Notes under the pieces: model-generated
Seen by the model: only the letters and a program-made list of their open reading frames with translations
Told to the model about the DNA's origin: nothing
Database searches by the model: none
Part shown: positions 15,951-28,300 of the stretch, piece by piece
Position numbering within the stretch: position 1 is the first letter of the stretch
How the letters are laid out: every line of letters begins with the position of its first letter
From: an uncultured Chitinophaga sp.
GTDB taxonomy: Bacteria; Bacteroidota; Bacteroidia; M30B66
Reading direction: 5' to 3'
NCBI GenBank assembly: GCA_964627105.1
Contig: CAZVHF010000002.1
Location: forward strand, 10,007-45,855
DNA: 35,849 nt
Program-made: the position numbers and the translations under genes

Positions 15951-18406
15951 TCGAACGACACAATCCGAATTTCGGTGCGGCGGTTTTCCTGGTGCAATGC
16001 ATCCGGACATTTAACTCCGTTTCCGCACTTGTTTTTCAATTGGGTTTCGCCATAGCCCTTGCCCGTAATGCGCGAGGCTTCGATTCCTTTCGCCACGATG
16101 TAGGCCACAGCCGAGGCCGCACGTCCTTCTGAGAGTTTCATGTTGCGTTCATCGCTGTCGCGCGCATCGGTATGCGAACCCATTTCGATAACCATGCTTG
16201 GATTTTCGAGCATTACCTGGTATACATAATCGAGCACTTTGGCGGCATCTTTTCGAATCTCCGTTTTATTGAGGTCGTAGTAAATGCCTTCGAGTGCGAT
16301 GATTCCACCTTCGGCCAGTTTGAGTAATTTCAGGGTTTCGAGTGTCGATTTCTGTCCTTTGGGAACTTTCACCGTAGTCTTGCTTCGCGATGTCGAAAAA
16401 TATCCCACGCGTGTTGCCCGAATTTCGAGCTCGGCGCCTTCTTTTGCCACGGCCTGAAGCTCACCGGCTTCGTCTGCAAAATATTCCTGCTCGGATTTAT
16501 CTTGTTTGTTTTTAACGATTACCCTTGCTGATGGAACGGGTGTCCCCGATTGTTCATCAACAACATTTAACCGCACAATTACACCTTTTGGCGGCGCAAT
16601 GCCTGTTCCGAGGCGAACGGCAACGTCGTCATCTTTTAGCGTGCAGGGTGCCTTGAAGCGCTTTTTTACTTCCGGTAAGCCTTTTTTCGTGGCGGTTACT
16701 TCGTATTCGTGGCAGGGGTTCAACGAAAAGCGGTAGTATCCTTTTTCATCGGTTTCGCCCAATGCACCGGGGTCGTTTACATTCGTTAAATCGCTCAATG
16801 TAACAGCCGCACCTTGAACCATGGTCTGGCTAAACATATCGAATACCTGCACATAAGCTTTGGGGCGGCGAATTGCAAGCTGCACATCGCGCGATGCACC
16901 CGGAACGCAAGCCATTTCCTGTTCGCGTGTATGCTCGGGATAGCCGATAGCGTTTGTAACGAAACTATATTTTTTACAAGGATTCAGAAAAATGCTTGCT
17001 GTGCCGGAGGGGCCTGTTTTTACGACTTCTTTTTTCTTTCCATCCAGATAAACAACTACTTCTGCATCCTTAACAGGAGTCAATTCATCCTGGTCTCTCA
17101 CGCTTATAAGTGCTGGTTTAGGCGCATAGGTAAACCTGTATACATCATCGTTTCCTTCACCTCCATCGCGGTTCGATGAAATGTATCCACTGCGCCGGTC
17201 ATCTGAAATCCACACGCCAAAATCGTCGAATGTGCTGTTAATCGGAGACCCTGCATTTTCGGCCTGCTGCCAGGTGTTGTTTTCGCGCTGTGTTGTATAA
17301 ATGTCGAGTCCACCCAATCCACCCCAACCCGTAGATGAAAAATACAGTAACGAATCGTTGTGCAGAAAGGGGAAGAGTTCGTTTCCATTTGTATTAACTG
17401 TGGGACCCAAGTTGGAGGGCTTGCTCCATACGTCTCCTGTTTTTGTTGAAACATAAATATCGGAGCCGCCATAGCCGCCGGGCATATCCGACGAAAAATA
17501 CAGCGCGGAGCCTTCGGCATTAAAACAGGGATGACCAATCGAATATTCGGGATTGTTGAACGCAAAAGGAATCGGGTTAGACCAGGTTTTTCCGTCGAAA
17601 GTCGAAAACAGAATTGTTAGCTTGTTAACGTGGTCTTTGCTTCGTTTAACTCTGCCCTTGTAAGCGTTGTTTCTGGTAAATGCGAGTGTTTTTGTTTTGT
17701 TGTTCCAGGATGACGGTCCATCGTGGTATTTTGAATTGATGGTTCGTGGTAAGACGGAGGCCTTTTCGGCAGTCGAATCGTTGGTTAGGGGCAATTGGTA
17801 GATATCGAGCCAACGTTTTCGGTTCCAGGGAAAAATTGATTTTGCGAATTCTTCGTTAAATCCGTTCGATACCACGAGCAGATAGTTTTGCCCGTTTACC
17901 GAAAATGGAGTAGGAGAGAAGTCGGACCCATTGGAGTTTTGATTGAGTTTTTGAATGCGGTAACAATCGGATTCGGCAAATAGTACGGCCTGATTTTCCA
18001 TCGTTTTCAGATAGCGCTCTCCCCGTGTATCGGCCGCGTTCAGGCTTTGACTCTTGGCAAAATTCGCCTTAGACGCTTCACGCTTGCCAAGCGTTTCCTG
18101 CAGCATGGCCAGTTGGAGATAATCATTCGCAGATGCGCTTTCGCCCGATATGGCCTTCGAAAGCCATTGTTCGGCTTTTTCCGTCTGCCCGGTTTTGATG
18201 TAACAATCGGCGAGATTCCGCATTAGCGTTTTCTTCTCCGGATGTTTTTTAAGAAGATGTTCATATAACTCTATGGCGTCGCTGTATGCGTAATTGCTAT
18301 ATAGTCGGTTTGCCCTTCTTTCGGCAGGCGATTGCCCCATCACCAATGAAGCAACAGCCAGAAGCAATGCCATGGTAAAAAATCTGAATTTAGCGGTTTG
18401 CATCAT
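15947..18406 (-). CDS. OmpA-family peptidoglycan-binding protein with N-terminal TPR, PD40 (TolB-type) beta-propeller repeats and carboxypeptidase-regulatory-like Ig domains
   Basis: 819 aa with a signal peptide. TPR-like aa ~30-125. PD40-type repeats (GSALYFSSDMPGGYGGSDIYVS, DSLLYFSSTGWGGLGGLDIYTT, SGYISSNRDGGEGNDDVYRF). OmpA_C block at 15950..16309 (MGSHTDARDSDERNMKLSEGRAASAVAYIVAKGIEASRITGKGYGETQ...RRTEIRIV). Confidence 0.88.
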   Translation of the reverse strand: MMQTAKFRFFTMALLLAVASLVMGQSPAERRANRLYSNYAYSDAIELYEHLLKKHPEKKTLMRNLADCYIKTGQTEKAEQWLSKAISGESASANDYLQLAMLQETLGKREASKANFAKSQSLNAADTRGERYLKTMENQAVLFAESDCYRIQKLNQNSNGSDFSPTPFSVNGQNYLLVVSNGFNEEFAKSIFPWNRKRWLDIYQLPLTNDSTAEKASVLPRTINSKYHDGPSSWNNKTKTLAFTRNNAYKGRVKRSKDHVNKLTILFSTFDGKTWSNPIPFAFNNPEYSIGHPCFNAEGSALYFSSDMPGGYGGSDIYVSTKTGDVWSKPSNLGPTVNTNGNELFPFLHNDSLLYFSSTGWGGLGGLDIYTTQRENNTWQQAENAGSPINSTFDDFGVWISDDRRSGYISSNRDGGEGNDDVYRFTYAPKPALISVRDQDELTPVKDAEVVVYLDGKKKEVVKTGPSGTASIFLNPCKKYSFVTNAIGYPEHTREQEMACVPGASRDVQLAIRRPKAYVQVFDMFSQTMVQGAAVTLSDLTNVNDPGALGETDEKGYYRFSLNPCHEYEVTATKKGLPEVKKRFKAPCTLKDDDVAVRLGTGIAPPKGVIVRLNVVDEQSGTPVPSARVIVKNKQDKSEQEYFADEAGELQAVAKEGAELEIRATRVGYFSTSRSKTTVKVPKGQKSTLETLKLLKLAEGGIIALEGIYYDLNKTEIRKDAAKVLDYVYQVMLENPSMVIEMGSHTDARDSDERNMKLSEGRAASAVAYIVAKGIEASRITGKGYGETQLKNKCGNGVKCPDALHQENRRTEIRIVSFD

Positions 18407-18408
18407 AA

Positions 18409-19332
18409 TTAGAAGTAACGAGGAGTAACCGTTTTGTTCTTGTTAAAACCCATGTCGCAACGCACCATGATTTCGTGTGAGCCTCCCACTGTTCCGCGCA
18501 AGCCATTAATCGTTTGATCAAAGGCGTATCCAATCCGCAAGTATTGATTGGCCTGTACTTCTGCAAGCCAAACCAGTGCATTTCCGCTTCGGTAAGAGGC
18601 CCCTATGGCAATAACATCGAGCCAGTAAAGGTTGGTATTGATGTCGAACTGAACCGGGGCTCCCGACACAACTTTCATCATTGCCGAGGGCTTCAGTTTA
18701 AAGGTTGGGCTTAAAGAGAAGACATACCCACCGGTAAGGTTGTAATGCGTTCTTAGACGCGCCGGATCGATTGCGAATAAATCTTTATCAGCCAAAATGG
18801 TGTTGCGCATGTGCGGTATACTCAATCCGAGATAGGCGTTTTTTCCATACCAGAACACGCCCGCTCCAAAATTCATATTCCATTGCGAAACCGCGTTTGC
18901 GAAACTTTCATCGTAAGCATTATCTGGCGAAAGCATTATTTCAGTAAGGTTCGCCCTAAAATTTCTAACGCCAATCTGAAGCCCCATTGCAAGTCTCGAC
19001 TTTTTAAAGCGGAGCTGGTAGGCATATGCCCCCATTAATCCGCTTGTGTTCATTTTGCCGATACGATCAGAAATAAAAGAGAGTCCAAGCCCCATATTTT
19101 CATCTACTATAGGTCCATGGAAGGTAATTGTTCCGGTTTGCGGCGCACCCGGAAAATCCATCCATTGTCTTCTGTATAAAGCCACGACCTGCATTTGGTC
19201 GAGCGTACCAGTGTAAGCCGGATTTATGGCCATTGGATTGAACATGTACATGCTGTACATCGGATCTTGTTGAGCGCGGACCAAACCACCGAGCATCAAA
19301 CAGATTAAAAGAATGAGATGTGTCTTTTTCAT
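18409..19332 (-). CDS. PorP/SprF family type IX secretion system membrane protein
   Basis: 307 aa with a signal peptide. Family-defining start AQQDPMYSMYMFNPMAINPAYTGT and beta-barrel-like alternating sequence ending in ...PRYF. Confidence 0.9.
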   Translation of the reverse strand: MKKTHLILLICLMLGGLVRAQQDPMYSMYMFNPMAINPAYTGTLDQMQVVALYRRQWMDFPGAPQTGTITFHGPIVDENMGLGLSFISDRIGKMNTSGLMGAYAYQLRFKKSRLAMGLQIGVRNFRANLTEIMLSPDNAYDESFANAVSQWNMNFGAGVFWYGKNAYLGLSIPHMRNTILADKDLFAIDPARLRTHYNLTGGYVFSLSPTFKLKPSAMMKVVSGAPVQFDINTNLYWLDVIAIGASYRSGNALVWLAEVQANQYLRIGYAFDQTINGLRGTVGGSHEIMVRCDMGFNKNKTVTPRYF

Positions 19333-19347
19333 GGTTTTCGGTTTGAC

Positions 19348-22300
19348 TTATCGCCAGAGGGTTAAATATCCTTTACGTGTTGTGGTCTCCCCATCGATGT
19401 TAATGAGGTAATAATAGGTGCTTTCCGGCAGGGCTTCGCCATACAAAATTGTTCCCTGGTTGGCTGTTCCGTTCCAATCGTTGAGGTAGTTGTTGTTCTT
19501 GTATACCAGATTTCCCCATCGGTTATAAACCTCAAGGCTCACAGTACGTCCTTGGGTGTAATAAATTACAAACTGGTCGTTACGGCCATCTCCGTCGGGA
19601 GAGAAGCCTTCTGGAATAAATACATCTTCCTCGTTACAATTCGATGAAAGGGGATCAAATAATTCAAGCGTAAGCGTGTCTGAAACAATGCATGCACCAT
19701 TTGTTGCTGTTACAATAAACGTGTTAGAACCTATTGCCAATCCTGATATGAGTGGATTAACTACCGTATCGTTGGAAAACGATCCACTACCCGATAGAAC
19801 AGACCAGTTTACATCGGCAGTTCCGTTAAGCTGAACCTGTGGTGTATATTCAGTTTGCTGTCCGCAGAATGAAGTGTCAGGTCCGGCGCTTAGCGCAGCA
19901 GGAGAAAAGGAATTGATTAGAACTGTGTCGCTGCTAGTGCAATTGCCGTTGGTAATGTGCCAAACAAATTCATTTACACCCGGGCTTAATTCAACAGCAT
20001 CCGTAGTGTTGTTTAAACTATCGGAAAGCACCGCCGTTGACGACAGGTTAATCCAAACGCCAATTCCAGCGTCCGGCACATTTGCTTCAAGGGTAGTGGC
20101 ATCACCACATATGGTTTGGTCTTGGCCCGCAAGCGATGGGCTTGCCGGTTCATTCGAAGTTATGATAACCGTATCGATCTGGGTACTATTTTCGAATGTT
20201 ACAGACCAAATAAAGATGTTTTCTCCTGGCGACAAGCCGCTTACGAAGCTTGTGAAATTACTGGGATCTGAAATTACTGCACTACCTCCGACCTGGTCCC
20301 AGAATGCATTGCTGCCCTCGGGTGGCACATCTGCAAGTAATGTTGCCTCAAAGCCGCATAGCGTTTGATCTTCGCCGGCATCAATGGTCCAGGTTACTTC
20401 GCCAACCGATATAAATACGGTATCGTTCGCACAAATTTCCGGTAGTGGGAAACCCGAATCGCACACCGCAATTACAATCGTATCGATTCCTGCGAATCCA
20501 GGATCCGGAATGTAGGTGTAACTTCCGTCTTCCTCCAGTGTAAAGGTTCCGTTGTTGGGCCCATCAACAATAAGCGTATCGGCGCTGAGATTTGTGCTGT
20601 CGATGTCGTAGTCGTTCAACAGAATGTTTCCAACTAGCGTATCACCCGGATTCACGTTTTCGTATTCGTTTTCAATTATCGGCGCATCGTTCAGCGGCAG
20701 TATTACGATAATTATCGTGTCGGGCAGGCAAATCTCGGGAAGGGGTATTCCCTGGTCGCAAACATTTACAATTACAGTATCAACACCGTAGTAATTCGAG
20801 TCGGGCGTGTAGGTAAATGTTCCGTCGGGATTTATATCTACCGTTCCATGGTTTGGTCCGCTAAGCGGGATGGTGTCTGCAAGTAATGTTGTTCCATCGG
20901 GATCAGAATCGTCGTTCAGGAAACTTGCACTAAACGTTTGATCCTCAAAAATTGTTATGGAGTCGTTTGTAATGTTTGGAGGTTCATTGATGCTGTCGTT
21001 GATGAAAATTACAACCGTATCGGGCAGGCAAATTTCAGGCAAGGGGAATCCCGAATCACATACTGCAACAACGATGGTGTCTTGTCCTGTAAATCCGGGA
21101 TTCGGCGTGTAGGTGAAGTTGCCCTCACTGTCGATCACAAAAACTCCGTTTGTGGCACCCTGCAACAAGACCGTATTCGAACTCATCGACGTGTTTTCGA
21201 CCGGGTCACTGTCGTTTTCCAGAATATTACCGGTAACAACCGAATCCATCGGTCCGGTAAATTGGTCGTTTTGCACGAGCGGGGTATCATTTACTGGCTG
21301 TACAACAATAAACAAGGTATCAAAACCGCATTGGCCCGGAGGAACAAGTGCGCTGTCGCACACCTCCACTACTACTGTATCGTTGCCGTAATAGTTTTCA
21401 TTCGGCGTATAGGTAAAGCTTCCATCCAAACCAATATCAATCGTTCCATGCAATGGGCCTTGCTCCGGAATCGTATCTGCAACCAGAGCAGAGCCATCCG
21501 GATCGATGTCGCCATTATTCAGGAAGTTAGATGTTAATACCGAATCTTCAAGCAGTACCAGACTATCGTTCGTTATTATCGGCGGTTCGCTGCAGAAACG
21601 GATAATCTGAACTTCATCGGTCGTGTCGTTACAGACGCTTCCCAAAATGGTCCAGCGGAGCACTACTGTTTCCTCTCCAAGTCCCGAAACCGCACTTGTT
21701 GCCGAAGTGCTGTCGGCAAGATTTGCCGTTCCGCTAACTACCGTCCAAAACCCGCTACCATTTAACGGTACTGTTGCATTTAACGTAACGTTCGAATCGC
21801 ACGTAAAAATATCATCGCCGGCAAATGCAGTATCGCCTAAAACGATGGTAATTTGATCGGTTGTTTCGGGACAGGATCCATTAGATATGCGCCACTCAAG
21901 TACATTGTTTCCGGCACTTAAGCCGGTTACCGAGGTTTCGGAGGCATCAGGGCTTGCTACTACAGCATTTCCCGAAACGACAATCCACTGACCTATGCCC
22001 AAAGTCGGACTATTGGCTGATAGTTGTGCAAAATCGGTGCAAACAAGTTGATCATCGCCGGCAATTGCCGAATCGGGCGGAGAATTTCGTGTGATGGTGA
22101 TTTCATCGAACACGGCAGGGCAATCATCACCATTGCTAATCGTCCAGCGCAACACAAGCGTTCCGACAGCAATGTTGCTCACGTTTGAGTTGGCATCTGC
22201 CGTATTTTCAATAGTTGCAGTTCCGCTTTCGATGCTCCAAACTCCGGTTCCTAAGGCTAGAATTTCGGCATTTAATTGCGCTGTATCAGCACAAATGCTG

Positions 22301-25300
22301 AGGTCTTCGCCGGCATAAGCCGAATCGGGCGCTATGTTTCGTGTAACCGAAACATCATCAGACTGAACCGGACAAACGCCATTGCTGATGGTCCATCGTA
22401 ACACCGTAACTCCCGTATCGAGTGCGGTTATAGTACTTGCTGTATTTGATGGATCTGTTAAAATTCCGCCTCCCGAAATAATGCTCCATACACCATTACC
22501 AATAATCGGAAGGTTGGCATTGAGTTGTGCAATAGAATCGCATACAATTAGGTCCTCACCCGCATTTGCACTATCAGGAGGCAAACTACGCGTTACCTCC
22601 ATCTGGTCTGATGCAATACAGCTTTCGTTGGTTATGGTCCATTGCAGAACAAGTGTTCCCGCATCAATGTTGCTCAATATTGCATTTGGCGAGAGGGTAT
22701 CTGAGAGGGTCGCGCCTCCCGAAATAATTGTCCAAACACCTGTTCCTACTGATGGCTCAGCTGCAGAAAGTGTTGCCGTGTCGGCACAAATGGAAAGGTC
22801 GGGGCCAGCATTGGGTGTAATCGGATTTTTTGAAATGGTAATGGTGAGTGTATCGTTTGTAGATGGACAATCGCCATTGGTTATAGTCCAAACGAATTGA
22901 TTGACGCCACTGCTTAGGTTGCTTGCTTCTGCTGTTACGGCATTCGGATCCGATAAAGAACCGCTTCCGGAAAGTATGCTCCATGCACCCGTTCCCGTCT
23001 CGGGTGTATTTGCGCTAATTGTGAAAGCGGTAGAACAGATGCTGGTATCGTTTCCAACAACTGCTTGCGATGGTGGCGTAAATCGGAATACGTTTACCGA
23101 ATCGTCCTGTGGCGGGCAGTCGCCTGTGGTAACAATCCATCGGAATGTATTCAATCCAACTGACAAGCCCGTAACCAATGTGTTGGGGTCGGCCGGATTT
23201 TGTACCACACCACTTCCTGCAACAACTTGCCATTGTCCGCTTCCCGGGAATGGGTCACTTGCCTGCAAAATAATGCTATCTGTAGCACAAACAGAGAGGT
23301 CGCTTCCTGCATCGGCCACCACCGGAACAGAATCGCGTTGGATAACGATCTGATCTGTTGATGGTGGACAAACTCCGTTGCTGATTGTCCATTGGTAGAC
23401 GTTTACGCCCACGCCCACGTTCGAAACGTTCGTGTTGGGATTGGAAGCATTGGCAAATACGCCACTGCCGGTAATTACCGACCAGGATCCGATACCGGAT
23501 GTGGGCGTGTTGGCCGATAGCACAAGCGAATCGTTGCAGATTTCAGCATCTTCGCCTGCATTGGCGGCATTGGGCGGCGCATTAATTTGGATGGAAACCA
23601 AATCGGAATCGGGTTCGCATCCCGCCGTGCTAACTGTCCAAACCAAAATTACCACCCCCGGCGAGAGGCCAGAAATGCTCGTTGAAGGGTCTGCATTATT
23701 TCCAATGTTTACACTTCCGCTTTGAATACTCCAAATACCTGTTCCTGAAATTGGATTGATTGCATTTAATGCCGCAGTGTCGGCGCAGGTTTCAACATCA
23801 TTTCCGGCATTTGCTGTTGATGGAGGCTCGTTTACAGTAATAATTAAACTATCGCGTTCTGTTGGGCACACGCCGTTCGAAACCGACCATTCCAAAGTAA
23901 TACTTCCGGCCGTTGTGGCGTTAAAAATTGTTGTTGGATTTGTGTTCGAGTCCAAGGTACCATTGCCCGAAATCACGTTCCAAGTTCCAGTTCCAAGTGT
24001 AGGGGTGTTTGCCGAAAGGCTTGCCGGTTCGCCGAGGCAAATGGCTTGATCTGCGCCGGCCAACGCTGCGCCGGGAGGAGAAAAGCGCGTAATTGTAACT
24101 TGATCGAACGCCTCACAAACTCCGTTTATCTCTGTCCAACGAAATACGTTTTCACCAACGCCTAAAGTCGAAACGCTTGAGTTAGCTTGATTCGGATTAG
24201 CAATGGTTCCGCTTCCTGAAATCAGCGTCCAGGTTCCGTTGCCAGTAGAGAGGGCATTCAACTGCCCATTGTCTGCACAAAGCGATTGATCTTCACCCGC
24301 ATTGGGCGTAACAGGGTTTTCTGATACTGTAATGATTACCGTATCTGCACTTGCCTGACAAACTCCGCTCGACACGGTCCATATTAAGATATTGTTTCCA
24401 ACGGCAAGCCCCGATATCTGATCGCTTGGCGATTGTGCATTCTCAAATGTGGCGCTGCCGCTCAATACGCTCCATGCTCCGGCTCCGATTACGGGAATGC
24501 TTGCTTCCAGTACTGTTGTTGTGGCACATAGCGTTTGGTCGGTTCCGGCATTTGCTTCCGATGGTGGAAGCGTGCGTGTTATACTGATGGTGTCGCGGCT
24601 AATGCACAGGCCATTTGTAATGGTCCATTCAAGGGTGACTGTTCCAGGCTCGATATCTTCAACCACGCTGTTGGGTTGCGTTGGATTGGAAACCGTTCCG
24701 CTGCCCGATACGATTGTCCATACGCCAGTGCCCGGAGAGGCCGAATTTCCTGCCAGCGTAGCTGTTGTGCTACATATGGATTGATCGGCTCCGGCATTGG
24801 CAGGAATCAGTTCGTCGCTTGTTAGCAAAATTAGGTCAACACTCGGCGGGCACGAACCGTTGCTGATTGTCCAGGTAAGTTGATTTATTCCCGGAGCCAG
24901 ATTGCTAATTGATGTAGATGGGCTTGATGGATTTGAAATGTTACCATTGCCACTGCTGATGCTCCAGATTCCTGTTCCGATTGTTGGTATGTTGGCAGAT
25001 AATTCAGCATTATTTCCGCAGAACTGCTGATCGTTCCCTGCTACTGAAGCGGTTGGGATTTCGTCGCGCTGAATGCTGAGAACGGCCGTTGATGGCGGAC
25101 AGTTTCCATTGCTTACTGTCCATGTAAACGCATTTGGGCCAATGCTGAGGTTGTTTACGCTGGTGGATGCATCGCTCGCATTGGAAAGCGTTGCCGAACC
25201 TGTGCTTACCGTCCAGATTCCGGTGCCAATTAGTGGAGTAGTGGCACTGATAGTGCCCGAAGCCGAGCAAATTTGCTGGTCGGCACCTACCGTTGCTGTG

Positions 25301-28300
25301 CTTGGTGGCAAATCGCGCAGTATGGTAACCTCATCAAAAACAGAAGGACAAACGCCGTTTGTAACCGTCCACCGAAACACATTGTTTCCTGCTCCTAAAT
25401 CAGAAACTCCCGTTTGATTGTCGGATGCGTCTGCAATCGTTCCGCTTCCGGAAGCAAGTGTCCAAACGCCAATCCCGGTTGTTGGTGAAGTTGCATTTAA
25501 GGTGGTATTGTCGGCACAAATTTGTTGATCTGCACCGGCATTGGGAGGTAGTGGGTTTTCGAAGCGTGTTATGGTTACCTGGCTATTGCTCACCGGGCAA
25601 ATTCCATTGCTTACCGACCACTGAAACACATTGGCACCGGGACTTAGGTTGGTAACATCAGAGGCCGCATTGCTCGGATCAGCAAGCGTTCCGCTCCCCG
25701 AAACTAAACTCCAGGTTCCTATACCAACGGCTGGAGATACAGCCGCGAGTGTTGCATTATCGGCGCAAATATCTTGGTTAGAACCTGCATTTGAGGGTGA
25801 TGGGGCGGGAATTCGTGTAATTGCAACCGTATCGACCGAAATACATATCCCTCCGCTGGTAATTTTCCATTCGAAAAGACTCGTCCCAACGGCAATTCCA
25901 CTCACATTACTGGTAGGCGAAGCAGAATTAGCTATTGTGCCGCTGCCCGAAATTAGTGTCCACTGACCCGTTCCAACAGCAGGCACATTTCCCTCCAGTG
26001 CGGTGTTGTCGAAACAAATGGTTTGATCGGCCCCGGCTGCAGCATCGGTTGGCAAAGGAAAAACGGTAATATCAACCGAATCACTCACCACACATTGGGC
26101 ATCATCTTCGACCACAATTACATAGGTTCCGTTTTGGGCCACAAGAATAGAATCGTTGCTTACGGTTGTGTTATCGGGGGCGGTCCAGGTAAACGTAGCA
26201 TTGCTCAATCCGGCCGAACTGCTTGCCGTTACACTAATGGTTTCATTTTCTCCCTCACATAAGGTTGCACCGGCTGGTGTAAAAGCTCCCAGACTTAAAT
26301 CTCCGAACGGACAACAATTGATGGCAGGTATAAACACCACATTGTCGCCATAATTGCAATCGGGAATACTGCTCAGTGGGAAGTTGAAAGGTGGCGCCGT
26401 GGTTCCGTCATCATTCAGAACAGCGAAAAGGTTAAACGGTTTTGGAAGCGATAGAATATCGAAAGAAACGCTAATGGTTTCTGTTTGTCCGGGCAAAAGG
26501 TCTAAGGTTGAAATTGCGGTTCCACCAAGCGGAACGAGCTCTGTGGCCGCACTTGTGAAGGGGTTTCCGACATAAAAACGTACCGGGAAGCCCTGTTGTG
26601 CCAATCCACCACCAATGTTGTTGATGCGAACACTCAGGTTGTATTCGGTTGAGCCGCTGCAAGAGCCCGAAACCAACGATAGCGAGATATCTGCGGCCGG
26701 ATAAATCGGGCAGCCTTCCTGTGTTAAAAATGTTGCCTGAGTGAGGAAGCTATTGAACGGGCGATTTTCGCTACAAGTACTGAACGGACATGTTACAGTG
26801 CTCAGTAAAACCTGGTGCTGCTGTTGTTGAAGCGGAACACTTAAGTCGCTGTTGATGTTAATGTTGAAATAGTTGAACTGATTCCAAATGCTTCGGCATG
26901 GCGCCCAGGGTTGGCCTGTAGCCTCAAAAACATTGAGTTGCCCGATTTGAATGGTGCTGGTTTGGCAACTTACGCAGATTTCGGCTTGCCCATCGCCATC
27001 CACATCGGCAACAACCGGCATTTCGGAGCCTGTTCCCGAACCGCATGTATTTGTACCAATGGTAACCGGAGTGCTCCCAGACCCATCAATAATACGAAGT
27101 GTCGATTCGTCGCGGTAAACGAGCTCCTGTGTGCCATCCTGGTTAAAATCGAACATGGTAATTCCGGTAAATCCGGAGGCATCGGTTGTGGTAAGCGTCC
27201 ATTTATTTTGAAGCGTACCCGTGCCATTGTAATCTAAGGCAAATACGCGAGTTGCGCGTGTAACACCAATTTCGGGTTCGCAATCCTTGTCCATATCGCC
27301 CACGAACGGCACACCTATCCAGTTGCCGCCGGTGTTGGGTAAGGTGCGCGATGCAATTACCGAAGGGCTTCCGTTGTTCGGATTCCAGACATAGATTTCG
27401 CCATTGGAACCTTCGCTGGCAACGATAACATCGAGATTCCCATCCAAATCGATATCGGCAAGAGAAGTATATCCATCGTTTTTGGCTAGTATGGTTATGG
27501 GAGTAATGGTATTTCCCGAAGTTCCTGCCGTGTTTGTTATCAAAATCTCGTAAACCGTATTTCCGCAGGCGAGCTCAAGCCCGGGATCGGAGGTTAAATC
27601 GGCTGCTACGGGATTAGCCAAATCACCAAAAGGCTGCCGCGTCATTACGGCCATACCAGCGCTGGAACCACCTTCTGCTAGCTTAACGCCGGTTAATGCG
27701 TTAAACACCTGATTGTAAACGTACACCTCCGGAATTCCGTCGCTGTTCATGTCTGCAATGCCGAGCGCAGAACCAAAGCGTGCAACACCAGGGTAGCCGT
27801 ATTCAGAATCCGATTTCCATTTTAAAGCACCGGTATGTTCGTAACAAAACAGGAAGCGGCGGTCGCTGGCAGCATTATCGGGATGGTCCATGGCTGCCAC
27901 AATGATTTCGCCAAAGCCATCGTCGTCGATGTCGGCAATGGCCACCGGATTGGGCCCAACCCATGCGAGGAAGGGCGTGGCAATGGTTAACTCAGTATTT
28001 CCGGTAGCACCATTAATGATTAAAAGGTCTTTTGCTCGCCGTGGGTCGGTCGAAACCAGGCTGTTACTCGACAGAATAACCACTTCGGGCGTATTATCGT
28101 TATCGATATCGGCAACGAGCGGCGTCTGATAAACCGGGATGGTTTCGGCGCTGGTCCACTGCGACTGGAAGTTCAACGCGCCACCGGGAAAAGAAAATTC
28201 GCAGGTTGGCTCGCACAATAAGATTTCGTTGTCGCATGGGCAGTCGTTGTCGAAAACGTCAACGAGGTTATCTCCATCATCATCAATTCCGTTGTTGCAG

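Noticed and set aside
17104-17565. 153-aa minus-strand ORF in an alternative frame of the OmpA-family gene
   Set aside because: It is fully embedded in the PD40-repeat region of the 819-aa CDS, and its translation is featureless.
21598-26058. Regularly spaced ~248-nt repeats, which could superficially suggest a CRISPR or satellite array
   Set aside because: The period is far longer than CRISPR repeat-spacer units. The units are diverged, in frame, and encode a conserved protein domain, so this is a coding tandem-domain array.
19874-27237. About 25 plus-strand ORFs of 60-199 aa (for example 19874..20368, 20938..21537, 22382..22900, 22901..23353) and several alternative-frame minus-strand ORFs inside the giant gene
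   Set aside because: All lie entirely within the 9-kb minus-strand CDS, whose domain structure is continuous and convincing. Their translations are low-complexity (Ser/Val/Pro/Thr-rich) with no motifs. They are shadow ORFs caused by the Gly/Ser/Thr/Ala/Asn codon bias of the repeats.
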